NCBI RefSeq assembly: GCF_963921235.1
Contig: NC_086097.1
Span: forward strand, 232,998,001 to 233,062,000
DNA: 64,000 bases
From: Mobula hypostoma
Lineage: Eukaryota
Direction: 5' to 3'
The position numbers were made by a program, and so were the translations under genes. This document shows, piece by piece, positions 40,027 through 53,799 of the stretch (position 1 is the first letter of the stretch; each line of letters begins with the position of its first letter). A model generated the notes under the pieces. That model had not been told where the DNA came from and made no database searches. It worked only from the letters and a program-made list of their open reading frames with translations.

Positions 40027-41629
40027 TTTATTACTTGGGACACTGAGCTCAAGAGTCAGTAAAGTATCCTAAAACAGGTTTAATGATGCGATAATAGTAT
40101 TTCTGTGAAGCACCGTTGTTAGCTGTTTCAATGTGTTGAAATAAAATAGGTTTACTACCTTGCAAGTATGTACAGAAGAATCACACAAGTGTGTGAATCA
40201 ACCTGCAAGAGAAATCAGATTGGTACCAGAAAATTACTCTGCTACTCATTTTCAAAAGGACATTTAGAATTAATTGGGCAAGAGAGTGAATGAACTACTG
40301 AGAGAGACCAACAAATTGAGGGTTCATTATAAATGTCTTGCAGGTAAAATGATTCTTTAACACACTACCAAAGTGTTTCTACTGAAGTACACAGGACTGT
40401 AGCAAATGGTGCATCTACAAGAGCTGGTTATCATTAACCCACTTTAATGCAAGTGACTTATCAAAGATAATTTTGGAACGAACAAAGCTTGAACAGGCCC
40501 AAGGTAGCTGTGACATTGGCATAGCCGTTCAATCGCAGAATGGAAAGTGTGCTTCAAATGCCATCACATTCATCCCCTCTGACTTAGAATGTCCCACAAA
40601 CTAACCGATGTATTTAGCACTTCCTGAGCATGAAACATTGATTTTATATTTTGGATTTATTACTGATGCAGATTTATCTGTGCTGGCTTCAAATTAATTG
40701 TAGACTTTGAGCAGTTTTAAAAGGGATTTAAATATCAGCTTTATTTCTCGAAACATCAGAACATTTAGTGAAATGCATCATTCGTGTAAAATCAAATCGA
40801 TGAATATAGTGCTGGGCAGGAATATGTGCCACCACTCTTCTGGTGTCACTCTGCATGCCCACAACTAACAGTGCATCTTTAGAACGTGGGATGAAACTGC
40901 AGCACCTGGAGAGATCCCACATGTTCATGGGAAGAATGTGCAGACTCTTCACAGACAGCAGCAGAAATGAACCCATGCTGCAGACGTTGTAATAGCATTG
41001 TGTTAACCACTTCACCACCATGCCGCTGAGATGTTGCAGAGTCACAGGAAATAATTTTTTTTCCCCTCCTTCCTGCTTCTAATCCAATTCTGCAGGTCTT
41101 GAGGTGCCTGATGAGGCCACTGTGGGTCAGGAGCTGCTTGAAGAGGTGGGTGAATGGGCAGCTTCAGACAGGTTACGTGCCTTTCACATTCTCCTGGTAA
41201 CAATACAAGGTTGTCAGTGCTTTTTCTGTCTGCTCTTCCAACAATATGAGTGTTCTTGAGTGGTGTTTCCCACAGCTCAATGAGAAGGTTTCTCTTCTTT
41301 CTATTTTCAGCATTCCCAAAACACATCAGTAATATCTAGTACTGTGTTAAAGAATCTTTTTAAACCAGTGAAACATTGAAAATTAACCACTGATTTGTTG
41401 TTCTATCTCTCAGTAGTTTAATCACTTCCATATATTCTAAGCATCTTTCTGAATTTGTGACTCCCTGGATCATCCTTCCATCTCCATCAACATGATCTCC
41501 CCCTCTGGAGATATTTTCCCTCGCAACCTACAAGAAATTCAATGCCTGCCCTTGACCTCTTCCTTTGGCATCCACCAGGGATTGGAACGCTCTTTTCCAG
41601 AGAAAAAATTGTTCACTTGTATTTCTTCC

Positions 41630-42260
41630 CAGTTGTCAATATCTCTGAGGATCTAACCTGGACCAACATATTGATGGAGCTACAAAGGAGACACAACAGT
41701 GGCTATATTTCATAATGAGTTTGAGGAGATTTGGTATGTCACCAAAGGCACTTGCCAATTTCAACAGTTGTGCTATGGAGAGCATTCTAGCTAGCTGTAT
41801 CACTGTCTGGTATGGGGTGGGGGGGGCGTGGGAAGCTACTGCACAGGATGAGAATAAGGTGCATGGAGTTGTAAGCTTAGTCACGTCCATTATGGGCACT
41901 AGGCTCCGTAGTATCCAGAACACCTTCAAGGAGCGATGCCTCAAAAAGGCGGTGTCCATCATTAAGGACCCCCATCACCCAGGTCAGACTGTGTTCTCAT
42001 TGCTACCATCTGGGAGGAGGTACAGAAGCCTGAAAGCACACACTCAACAATTCAGGTACAGCTTCTTTCCATTTGCCATCTGATTTCTGAATGGACATTG
42101 AACCCATGAACACCACTTTTTTGTTTTCCCCACTACTTACTTGATTTAACTGCTTAATGTTTATTGTGTGTGTATATACAGCAATTCACAATTTTATCTA
42201 TTATTATGTATTGCATTGTACTGTTGCCACAAAGACGACAAATTTCACAACATATGTCAG
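41630..42260 (+). mobile_element. Rex1/Babar-type LINE 3' fragment (similar at about 29395-29920, 49300-50317, 51650-52350, 59430-59620)
   Basis: IIKDPHHPG..FSLLPSGRRYRSL motif. Confidence 0.82.
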
Positions 42261-43670
42261 GGAGAGAGAAACCGGGGAATTATAGGCCGGTTAGCCTAAC
42301 GTCGGTGGTGGGGAAACTGCTGGAGTCAGTTATCAAGGATGTGATAACAGCACATTTGGAAAGCGGTGAAATGATCGGACAAAGTCAGCATGGATTTGTG
42401 AAAGGAAAATCATGTCTGACGAATCTCATAGAATTTTTTGAGGATGTAACTAGTAGAGTGGATAGGGGAGAACCAGTGGATGTGGTATATTTGGATTTTC
42501 AAAAGGCTTTTGACAAGGTCCCACACAGGAGATTAGTGTGCAAACTTAAAGCACACGGTATTGGGGGTAAGGTATTGGTGTGGGTGGAGAATTGGTTAGC
42601 AGACAGGAAGCAAAGAGTGGGAATAAACAGGACCTTTTCAGAATGGCAGGCGGTGACTAGTGGGGTACCGCAAGGCTCAGTGCTGGGACCCCAGTTGTTT
42701 ACAATATATATTAATGACTTGGATGAGGGAATTAAATGCAGCATCTCCAAGTTTGCGGATGACACGAAGCTGGGTGGCAGTGTTAGCAGTGAGGAGGATG
42801 CTAAGAGGATGCAGGGTGACTTGGATAGGTTGGGTGAGTGGGCAAACTCATGGCAGATGCAATTTAATGTGGATAAATGTGAAGTTATCCACTTTGGTGG
42901 CAAAAATAGGAAAACAGATTATTATCTGAATGGTGGCCGATTAGGAAAAGGGGAGGTGCAACGAGACCTGGGTGTCATTATACACCAGTCGTTGAAAGTG
43001 GGCATGCAGGTACAGCAGGCGGTGAAAAAGGCGAACGGTATGCTGGCATTTATAGCGAGAGGATTCGAGTACAGGAGCAGGGAGGTACTACTGCAGTTGT
43101 ACAAGGCCTTGGTGAGACCACACCTGGAGTATTGTGTGCAGTTTTGGTCCCCTAATCTGAGGAAAGACATCTTTGCCATAGAGGGAGTACAAAGAAGGTT
43201 CACCAGATTGATTCCTGGGATGGCAGGTCTTTCATATGAAGAAAGACTGGATGAACTGGGCTTGTACTCGTTGGAATTTAGAAGATTGAGGGGGGATCTG
43301 ATTGAAACGTATAAGATCCTATAGGGATTGGACAGGCTAGATGCGGGAAGATTGTTCCCGATGTTGGGGAGGTCTAGAACGAGGGGTCACAGTTTGAGGA
43401 TAGAGGGGAAGCCTTTTAGGACCGAGGTTAGGAAAAACTTCTTCACACAGAGAGTGGTGAATCTGTGGAATTCTCTGCCACAGCAAACTGTTGAGGCCAG
43501 TTCATTAGCTATGTTTAAAAGGAAGTTAGATATGGCCCTTGTGGCTACAGGGGTCAGGGGGTATGGAGGGAAGGCTGGGTTCTGAGTTGGATGATCAGCC
43601 ATGATCATAATAAATGGCGGTGCAGGCTCGAAGGGCCGAATGGCCTACTCCTGCACCTATTTTCTATGTC
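42261..43670 (+). mobile_element. young 5'-truncated CR1 LINE inserted in a Rex1-type tail
   Basis: Open RT (NYRPVSLTS...KFADD...RPHLEYCVQFWSP) with a single TAG at 43322-43324; CpGs retained. Confidence 0.93.
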
Positions 43671-45389
43671 TATATTAAACCTGATTCTGATTCTCATTCC
43701 AATTTTGTGCACTGCATTTGGTGCTGATCGATGCACAGTAGGAAACCAAGCACAGATTGGATGACTGAGGCATCACAGGTAGATAGGATCATGAGAAAAA
43801 CTTTTGTTACATTGACCTTCATAAATCAAGGCACAGCGTATAAGAGTTGGGATGTAATGTTGAAGTTGTATAAGACATTGGTGATGCTGAATTTGGAGTA
43901 TTTTGTGCAGTTCTGGTCACCTACTTACCAGAAAGATGTCAATAAGCTTGAAAGAGTGCAGAGAAAACTTACAAGGATGTTGCTGGGACTTGAAGACCAG
44001 AGTTGCAGAGAAAGGTTGAATGTATTTGTACTTTATTCCTTGGAGCACAGGAAAATGAGGAGAGATGTTACGAATGTACACAAAATTATGAGATATAGAC
44101 AGGGAGAATGCATGCAGGCTTTTCCCCCTCATGTTTGATGAGATTAAAACTAGGGTGGAAGGTGAAATATTTAATTTCAAGTGAAGAAGGGGAGTTTCTT
44201 CACTTGGATGGTGTTGCTAATGTGGAATGAGATAGCAGTGTAAGTGGTATATACAGATTGGCTAAAGGGCCTGTTTCTGTACTGTTGTACTCTATGAATC
44301 TGTGACTGCTTCTTCAGAAAACCTCAGTATATCCCACGATGGTGAGCCAAATATCTGGTTTACCAGCAACCTTAATTCTTCACACTTCCATTCTTCCTGC
44401 ATCTTTTGCTTCTTACTTTGTTCTAGTGAAGGTCAACTCAAGCCCAGAGAAGAGCAACTTATCTTCTGACTTGGGAGTCACAGCTCTCTGGACTCAACAT
44501 TGAATTCAATAATACGAGATAACCAGACTGCACAGTTTCTATAAGGACAGACTTTCAGCCTTAACCAGCAACTTCATTGATCCCTCCCCTGGTGCTGCCG
44601 CACCTATTTTCATTTCAGATTTACAGCATCTACAGCAACACCTCTAAGTGTGCTTCTGTTTCTTTTTCATTTTATTTCCCTCTCTCCACCTTTGTTTTTA
44701 TTCATCTCCTTCAATTTGTTTCTCTTCATTGCAGTCAACAAATCTTCATCTCTCTCCTCGATCACTTGTGATATTCAGTCTTTCTTCTGTCTTGTTATTT
44801 CAGACATTCCATTATTCTCTCTGCCCTTTCACTTTCTCTGCAACTTGAACTATCTGTGATTTTTAACTTTTGTCGCTTCTTATGAATGTTTAGCATTGAC
44901 CTTTCCTCTTGTTCCATAGATGGTGTCTCACCTCCTATGAACTGTATCTGCAGGAAGATCCATTTTCATTTGAGGTTTTACTAAATTAGTTTCATCTGAA
45001 ATAGAATTACTTGAAAATGAGCAAGTCTCCAAATTCTTTCTTCATTCTCTCAGATTTCTCTTCCAACCTCCTCAAATAATCCTTTGCAGTAGAGCAGCAG
45101 TTAGAGTGTCTTACCGAACTGTCAAAAAGAAGATTTAAAATTCTTCAGTATAGGTATACTCGAAGACAATTCAACGAGGTTTCTGATCTTGACTTTTTTT
45201 TTCTTTCCTAGGGATGAGTTCAGGTTGCTGCTGCTCTCTGTCACAAGCCCCTCTTTGCAGCTCAGTCACCCAAATTCCATATGAAAGAGACCTCAGTGCA
45301 ATGTATACCATAGATCCCCCTGTGAACCACTGCTTCTTCCCAACCCTTTTCCCATGGAATTCAGTATACTGCAATTCCACATACGCCCA

Positions 45390-46222
45390 TAAAACATAGG
45401 AGCAAAATTAGGCCACTCACACATAGATCCATTTCCCTCTCAATCCCAGTCACCTATTGTCTCCCTGTGACCTTTCATGCTTCAACTAGTCAAGAACCTC
45501 TGCCTGAAATGACCTGGTCTGCACAGTTTTCTGAGGCAACAATTTCCACAGATTGACTACTCTCAGTTAAAAGAAATTGCTCCTCATCTCCGTTCTAATG
45601 GAGGTTGTGTCCTCTGATCATAGACTCCCCCCATATCCACTCTATCAAGACCTTTCAACAGTGTACAAGTTTTAATTCAATCCACCCTCATTCTTCTAAA
45701 TTCCTGTGAGTACAGATCCAGAGCCATCAAAGGCTCCTCATATGATAATTATTTCATTCCTGGAATCATTTCTGTGAACCTCCTTTGAACCCACTCCAAT
45801 GTCAGCACCTCCTTTCTTAGATAAAGGGTCCCAATCTGCAAATAACACCCCAAATAAGGCCTCACCAGTGCCTTATAAAGCCTTAGCATTACATCCTTGT
45901 TTTTATACTTTTGTCCTCTTGAAATGAATGCTAATATTGTATTTGACTTCCTCACCACTGACTCAACCTGCAAAATAACCTTTAGAGAATCCTGCACAAG
46001 GACTCTCAAGTCCTTCGGCGCCTCAGATTTTTGAATTATCTCCCTTTTTAGAAAGCAGCTAATGTTTTTATTCCTTCTACCAAAGTGCATGACCATACAC
46101 TTCCCAATACTGTATCCTGTCTTCCACTTCTTTGCCCATTCTCCTAATCTGTCCAAGCCCTTCTGCAGCCCCCGTGCTTCCTCAACATTATGTGCCCCTC
46201 CACCTATCTTTGTATCATCCAC
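45390..46222 (-). mobile_element. old CR1 fragment
   Basis: FVDDTKIGG...LYKALVRPYL. Confidence 0.85.
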
Positions 46223-46399
46223 AAAGCCATTGCTTAACACTTTATGTTGGGAATCATGGATTTATCCAGTTCATAAAACTCCCAATTGGGGATCTAACTG
46301 TTTTCTTATCTAAGGAATTATAAACAAGGACAGAACGCTGCACAATCTTCAGTGAATGTTCATAATTCTGTCATTTATCCTTGAAGTGGTGGGAGGTGG

Positions 46400-47430
46400 G
46401 ATCCTGTCCTGTGGCTAGCGGTGTGCCACAGGGATCAGTGCTGGGTCCATTGTTATTTGTCATCTATATCAATGATCTGGATGATAATGTGGCAAATTGG
46501 ATCAGCAAGTTTGCTGATGATACAAAGATTGGAGGTGTAGTAGACAGTGAGGAAGGTTTTCAGAGCCTGCAGAGGGACTTGGACCAGCTGGAAAAATGGG
46601 CTGAAAAATGGCAGATGGAGTTTAATACTGACAAGTGTGAGGTATTGCACGTTGGAAGGACAAACCAACATAGAACATACAGGGTTAATGGTAAGGCACT
46701 GAGGAGTGCAGTGGAACAGAGGGATCTGGGAATACAGACACAAAATTCCCTAAAAGTGGCGTCACAGGTAGTTAGGGTCGCAAAGAGATTTGGTACCTTG
46801 GCCTTTATTAATCAAAGTATTGAGTATAAGAGCTGGAATGTTATGATGAGGTTGTATGAGGCATTGGTGAGGCCGAATCTGGAGTATTGTGTTCAGTTTT
46901 GGTCACCAAATTACAGGAAGGATATTAATAAGGTTGAAAGAGTGCAGAGAAGGTTTACAAGGATGTTGCCGGGACTTGAGAAACTCAGTTACAGAGAAAG
47001 GTTGAATAGGTTAGGACTTTATTCCCTGGAGCGTAGAAGAATGAGGGGAGATTTGATAGAGGTATATAAAATTATGATGGGTATAGATAGAATGAATGCA
47101 AGCAGGCTTTTTCCACTGAGGCAGGGGGAGAAAAAAACCAGAGGACATGGGTTAAGGGTGAGGGGGGAAAAGTTTAAAGGGAACATTAGCGGGGGCTTCT
47201 TCACACAGAGAGTGGTGGGAGTATGGAATGAGCTGCCAGACAAGGTGGTAAATGCGGGTTCTTTTTTAACATTTAAGAATAAATTGGACAGATACATGGA
47301 TGGGAGGTGTATGGAGGGATATGGTCCGTGTGCAGGTCAGTGGGACTAGGCAGAAAATGGTTCGGCACAGCCAAGAAGGGCCAAAGGGCCTGTTTCTGTG
47401 CTGTAGTTTCTATGTTCTATGGTCTATGGA
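46400..47430 (+). mobile_element. young 5'-truncated CR1 LINE
   Basis: Uninterrupted ORF GVPQGSVLGP...KFADD to the natural stop; (TTCTATG)n-type tail. Confidence 0.92.
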
Positions 47431-50317
47431 ACTCCCGTAGTGATGCCCTCAGGGCTAAGAAGATTGAATTCCACAAAAGCAGCACCATCGTTCTCTCAAA
47501 TTAAAAACTTCTGCCTTTGCAGTTTTAAAGAATTAATGGCAATTTATCTAACTTTACATCTTGTTGGTGTTTGAAGACAGCTATTAGAATTCTGGAGGCA
47601 AATGATCCTGAAGAAACCAGACTAAGTATCCAATAAACTACTGGTAGATTTTAGTGAAGAAAGTCATCCAGCATTTTAGGAACAAAAATCGGATTACAGG
47701 TATACAAATTACTGCAGTGGGTTTGTAGTAAGGCAAACTGTAATTTATTTTGGAAGTGCAGAATAAAGACAAACAAGGGACCAATATCCTCCCAAAAAAG
47801 TACCAGTTTGACATTTATGGCACTGAGTATTGATGTTGTTACATCCTCATTTTGTACCCATGACTTTTCTTGCAACAGTTGATTCAAAGCTAAGTCTGTC
47901 AATTAACAGTGATGGGCTGGGAAGGTGGAAAAATAATTGACTTTGAAAATAAATATGGTCAAAAATAAAGTCCGAAGATAACAAGCCTGAAGGAAAAGGC
48001 AAGCGAAGGTAAGAAAAGGCAAGGATGACAGTTACTAAAGGTGTAATCTTGAATAAAAGGACAGAAAAGTCTTTAAAACCAAATGAACAACTATTAAAGA
48101 CATATCAAATTGCTAGCCTTTACCCAGTATACAAAGTAAAGAAACAAAGGAGGAACTGAAATACAGTCATGTAAAAGAACAGGTGACAAATAAAATGTGT
48201 GGGTTGGAAAATACTTAGGAAAGAGGGGAGGGGCAAATATTATTCCAAGGACTGCAATTAAACACTTATTACTATTCTTAAAAGAACACTCCACTCACTA
48301 AATGATGGAAACATAATTCTTATGGATTCAGAGTCATCATCATCACTATGTGCCATGTGATATGATGTAGGTAACCATGGTCTCATGACCGTGATTGTTC
48401 TTGGCAAATTTTTCTCCAGAAGTAGTTTGCCATTGCCTTGTTCTGGGCAGTGTCCTTACAAGATGGGTGACCCAGGCCATTATCAATACTCCTCAGAGAC
48501 CATAAACACAAGAAAGTCTGCAGATGCTGGAAATACAAAGCAACACACACAAAATGCTGGGGGAACTCAGCAGGTCAGGCAGCATATATGGAACTGCGTA
48601 GATAATCGAAGTTTTGGGCTGGGGGGGAGAGATAAAGATAAAGATATGTATCATGGTAGGATCCCTTTGGAGATGGCGGAACTTGTGGAGGATAACATGA
48701 TGGATGCTGAGGCTGATGGGGTGGTAATAAGTTGGCAGGGGACTAATCAGGTGCTACATCTTGTCCAAGGGTAATCAGGCTAATGGAGGGAAGGAGCGCC
48801 TTACACCTCATTTGGTAGTGACATATTTCCACCCCACCCCTCTGGACATTGATTACACTTATGGAGATGAACACACTTACACACATGAGATGTAAAAGAT
48901 TAAAAGAGGCAGAGTGGACAGCTAGAATTTACTGCATCCAGAAGTAGTAGAACAGAATTAATTTAAGCTTTTGAAAGACAACATGTTAAGCACTGGAGAC
49001 AACAAATTGTAGGGTGATGGGGAAAGAGCAGGGAATGGGGCTGTGAAGTGTCATAGACCTGGTGGGCTGACACCTACACCTGTTGGATTAATTATATGAT
49101 TCTGTGAAGAAGGTGGCAGAAAGCCAGGTGTCCCAAATTACTCATTTTCTGCTATAAATACTGTGTATATGATTTGTGATTTGGAATCTCATTCAGAGGA
49201 GTTTACACAGATTTATTTAGCATGCTAAATGAAACAAACGCGTTAGATGGCTCATTTCTTACAGAGAAGGTCTGAACACCTCTCAGAACACCTTCATGTA
49301 GACTTCAGAAGGTGCAGGTCCACCACTCTCTGTTGTACATCAATGCTCTGCTGTGGAGAGAGTGACGAGCACAAAGTTCTTTGGTGTGGACGTAGAAGAC
49401 AATCTAACCTGGACCCACAACGTCTCCTCATTAGCCAAGAAGCGACTGTACTTTCTGAGGAGATTGAGGAGTGCAAGTCTCCACACCTCTATTCTAACAG
49501 CTTTCTACCATCAAGAGTGTCCAGTCTGTCTGCCTCATTGTGGGTATGGAAGCTGCAAACTACCTGACTGTAAGACCCTACAATGGATAGTAAAAGCCAT
49601 CGAGCAGATCATGGGGGTCTCCCTCCCTCACTATTTTGTGAGCTTTACAGTTAGTGTTGTATACAAAGGTCTTAAGAACTATTGAGGATCTCTACCACCT
49701 ATCCCACAATCTCTTTGATCCACTACCGTTTGGAAGGAACAGAAGCATTAGGACTAGGACTGCCAGACTGGGTAACAGCTTCTTCCATCAGGCTGTGAGA
49801 CTAATGAATACCTGGCCATCACTGAAGTCTTGTCATCAGGACAGTGAGCTGTTTACCTGTGCTGTGCACTACATGCACTTCCAATTATAATTTATTAACT
49901 TATTTTGATAATATCTTGATGGGTAAAAGCTAGAGAAAGTTGTAAACTTAACCAGCTCTATGATGGGCATTAGCTTCCCCAGCATGGCAGACACCATAAA
50001 AGGCGACGCCTCAAAAAGACGGCATCCATCATTAAGGACTTCCATCACCGAGGACATCCTCTTATCTCATTGCTACCATTGGAGAGGAGGTACAGGAGTC
50101 TGAAGACCTGAAGACACTCAGGAGCTGCTTCTTTTCCTCTGCCATCAGATTTATGAATGGAAAATGAACACAAGAACATTACCTTACAATGCTTTTCTTG
50201 CTCTGTTTTTGCATTACAATTTATTTTTTCATATATGCTTACTTTAATTTATAGTTTCTTAAAATTATTATGCATTGCATTTTACTACTGATACAAAACA
50301 ACAAATTTCACGACGTA

Positions 50318-51028
50318 AACAAGGCGACACTTCACCTGTGAGTCGACTGGGGTGATATACTGCGTCCAGTGCTCCCGATGTGGCCTTCTATATATTGGCG
50401 AGACCCGACGCAGACTGGGAGACCACTTTGCTGAACACCTACGCTCTGTCCGCCAGAGAAAGCAGGATCTCCCAGTGGCCACACATTTTAATTCCACGTC
50501 CTATTCCCATTCTGATATGTCTATCCACGGCCTCCTCTACTGTAAAGATGAAGCCACACTCAGGTTGGAGGAACAACACCTTATATTCCGTCTGGGTAGC
50601 CTCCAACCTGATGGCATGAACATCAACTTCTCTAACTTCCGCTAATGCCCCACCTCCCCCTCGTACCCCATCTGTTATTTATTTTTATACACATATTCTT
50701 TCTCTCACTCTCCTTTTTCTCCCTCTGTCCCTCTGACTATACCCCTTGCCCATCCTCTGGTTTCCCCCCCACTTGTCTTTCTCCCCGGACCTCCTGTCCC
50801 ATGATCCTCTCATATCTCTTTTGCCAATCACCTGTCCAGCTCTTGGCTCCATCCCTCCCCCTCCTGTCTTCTCCTATCATTTTGGATCTCCCCCTCCCCC
50901 ATCTCTTACTAACTCATCCTTCAGTTAGCCCTGACGAAGGGTCTCGGCCTGAAACGTTGACTGTACCTCTTCCTAGAGATGCTGCCTGGCCTGCTGTGTT
51001 CACCAGCAACTTTGATGTGTGTTGCTTG
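50318..51028 (+). mobile_element. 5'-truncated Penelope-like element (GIY-YIG + 3' region) inserted in a Rex1-type 3' tail
   Basis: ORF IYCVQCSRCGLLYIGETRRRLGDHF. TSD AATTTCACGACGTA (50304-50317) / AATTTCCCGATGTA (51029-51042). Confidence 0.88.
50927..50962 (+). ncRNA. minimal hammerhead motif (stem I mismatch, GUU triplet)
   Basis: AGCC-CTGACGA-A-GGGTCTCGGCCT-GAAA-CG-TT-GACT. Confidence 0.6.
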
Positions 51029-51996
51029 AATTTCCCGATGTACGCTAGTGATATTAAACCAGATTCTGGTGTGCTGTGTGATATACTGTATGTTTAGTGA
51101 GTTCATCAGAGTCCAGAGGAACAATGTTTCATTTGGTTGTATATATGCACAGTCAGATGACAGGAAACTTGAATGTAAACTTGAACTTGGATTTTTCTTG
51201 CTAACATAATTTATATTTAACTTATTTTAACTGGATATACTATAAACGGCAATGGTGTTTGTGTATAATCACTTCTGAACATGTTCCAATTGGTAAAAAT
51301 ATTCCAAAACAGATTTCTTTTAAGACAATGAAACCTCTAATAAAAAATCTCAAATAGTTGGATCTCCAATATCCAATAACAATAGAGAAAAAGAAAATGT
51401 TCAAGAGGACAGGAATACAGTGAATATGGTAGGAAATTACTGGAGCAACAAGCAAGAAGACACAGAAGCAGACACATAAGTAGACACAGCCAATAATTTG
51501 CCAAGGATTTTAACAAGTTGACATTATACACTAAGGAATTAAAGCTTCAGTTACAGATACAAGACTGTGCAAATACATATGGCCTAAGACTTTCACTGAT
51601 TCTACTGAATTTTAACCAATATTAATAAAATTTAATAATCACATATATGCAGAGATTCAACATGTCATTGGAAACCTTGGCAAACTTCTATCGATATGTG
51701 GTGAAAAGTGTGCTGACTGGCTGTGTTACAGCCTGGTATGTGAAGATCAATGCCTTTGAGTGGAAAGTTCGACAAAAGATGGTGGATTTGGCCCAGTACA
51801 TCACAGATAAAACCCTCCCAACCATTGAGCACATCTACTGTGCATGAAACATTGCCATAGAAAGGCAGCATCCATCATCAAAGATCCTCACCACCCAGGC
51901 CATGCTCTTTACTCACTGCTGCCATCAGGTCGAAGGTGCAAATGCTTCAGGACTCACACCATCAGGTTCAAGAACCGTTACTACCCCTCAACCATC

Positions 51997-52122
51997 ACTA
52001 CTACTACTATGTTGACTCAGGCCTAGGGGGCCGGCGTCGGGCACGATGACGGACCCTCCACTTCTCCCTCTCCCTCATCAGTGTGTTCAGTTCATCTACG
52101 TTACCCATCATGCTCATCTTCA
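51997..52122 (-). mobile_element. very short LINE 3' end (RTE-like) with (TAG)n tail
   Basis: 9-bp TSD TCAACCATC at 51988-51996 and 52123-52131; encodes ...LMREREKWRVRHRARRRPPRPEST*. Confidence 0.7.
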
Positions 52123-52463
52123 TCAACCATCGCACTCTTGAACAAAGGGGGATAACTACACTCATTTAAGGACTCCTTTATCTTGTTATTTCATACTCGT
52201 TATTTATTGCTATTTATATTTACATTTCCACAGTTTGTTGTCCATTGATCCTGTTTACAGTTACAGTTCTATAGACTTGCTAAGTGTGCCCGCAGAAAAA
52301 GAATTTCAGGGTTGTATGTGACTACACGTATGTACTCTGATAATAAATTTTACTTTGACCTTATTGCTGTTTCAAGGGCAAATAAAGAGAGAGTGGAGAT
52401 GGATGTCTTTTCACCATGCGTTTCAAATCAAATCAAAATTAACCCATGCAGGGAAAAATATTA

Positions 52464-52530
52464 CAGTACTGTGCAAAAGTCTTAGGTACTCTAGCTATAT
52501 CAATGAGCCTAAGACTTTTGAAAGGTATTG
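52464..52530. mobile_element. 67-bp Tc1/mariner MITE
   Basis: TA-CAGTACTGTGCAAAAGTCTTAGG...CCTAAGACTTTTGAAAGGTATTG-TA. Confidence 0.78.
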
Positions 52531-53799
52531 TATAAGGGAATTCCAAGTCCCCTCCACTTACCACTGTTATTGTTGACAATTGTCTACCTTATCTCAACTT
52601 GGCTCACTGTCTGGTACTACCATGGCCTTAAGCTCACTGTGGCTTCTGCTCCCCTCTTGCCTACCTGTGTGTTACACCATTAGACTCCCAGAACTCAGCA
52701 GAACTATAAAAAGGGTTCCCACCTCTCATGTCGCAAAACTGCCCAGTGTGCCTCAGCCAGATACATCCCCCTTCAAATAACCGAGATGAATCCCCGTCAG
52801 GTGAAAAGTAAGTGGGGCTTCCTTCAGTTAGCTGCTCGTTTAAATGTTTTAATTGTTCTTTTTTAAGTTAAAAATGTTGATTAATGTTTTTATGTTTTGT
52901 GGTTGTGACTTATTTCATTGTTGCAGATGGATTGTCAAAACTGCCTGCAAATTCAGCCCTGCCGTTTGTGCCAAGACGGTCTCTGTGCCCCAGCCAGCCT
53001 GCCAGGCGGCTTGGGTGCCAGGCTCCCAGTGCCGAGCTTGTCCCTAGGCCACGCCGGGAGAAGTGGCCCACGAACTTTGAGCAGTGGAAGATCAGCTTCA
53101 GCCAACGACAACCAGTAACACGCTGTTTCTAACAATCCCAGGCACTTCACTGTAGCATTATCGAGGCTCACGGAACAACGCAATAACAGGCAATTGCTCA
53201 AAAGCTCATAGGTTCATTTTAAAGGGCACCTTAAAAAAAAAGAGCGGCAGAGAGGTGTTACTCGTTAGGGAGTGAGTTTTAGAGCTTCAGTTGAAAGCAA
53301 GGCAATCAATGGCGAAGCTGGGGAGTTTGGTGAGAATCAAGAGGGGAGAATTGAAGAAATGTGGATTGCTCAAAAGTCTGGGAGAAGGCTTAGTGGGTCA
53401 GAGGGGCAAGGGTGCGGGAAGCATTTGATGATGTTTGACTATGAAATTGAGCTATTGCTTATTATCTGCCCACACTACAATTTCCCGGCAACTCTGCCTT
53501 CTGGAACTGCTTTTCCCTTGTACTACCTGCAAGTTTTATGTTTGGAAACGGCCTGCAGGGATGATTTGCAAAGCCGAGTGTTTCACTGTGTCTTTCTGTT
53601 CATATTTTTACTGAGATACAGCACAGGTTAGGCCCTTTCGGTCCCTGATTTAACACTGGCCCAGCCTAATCACGGGATGATTTTCAATGACTAATTGACC
53701 AACCAGCCGGCTGGTCTTTGAAATGCGGGAGGAAACCGGATCACCCGTACGAAACCCACATGGTCACAGGGAGAACATACAAATACTTTACAGGCAGAA

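Noticed and set aside
41108..41140. CTGATGAG as a hammerhead core
   Set aside because: No GAAA or helix III at the proper spacing.
42164..43585. 386-aa RT ORF as a domesticated gene
   Set aside because: 5'-truncated CR1 with a premature stop; the N-terminal residues come from flanking repeat DNA.
41096..45399. Isolated plus-strand exon-like segments (about 41096-41146, acceptor at about 45211)
   Set aside because: Splice-like signals only; they cannot be linked into a supported gene model.
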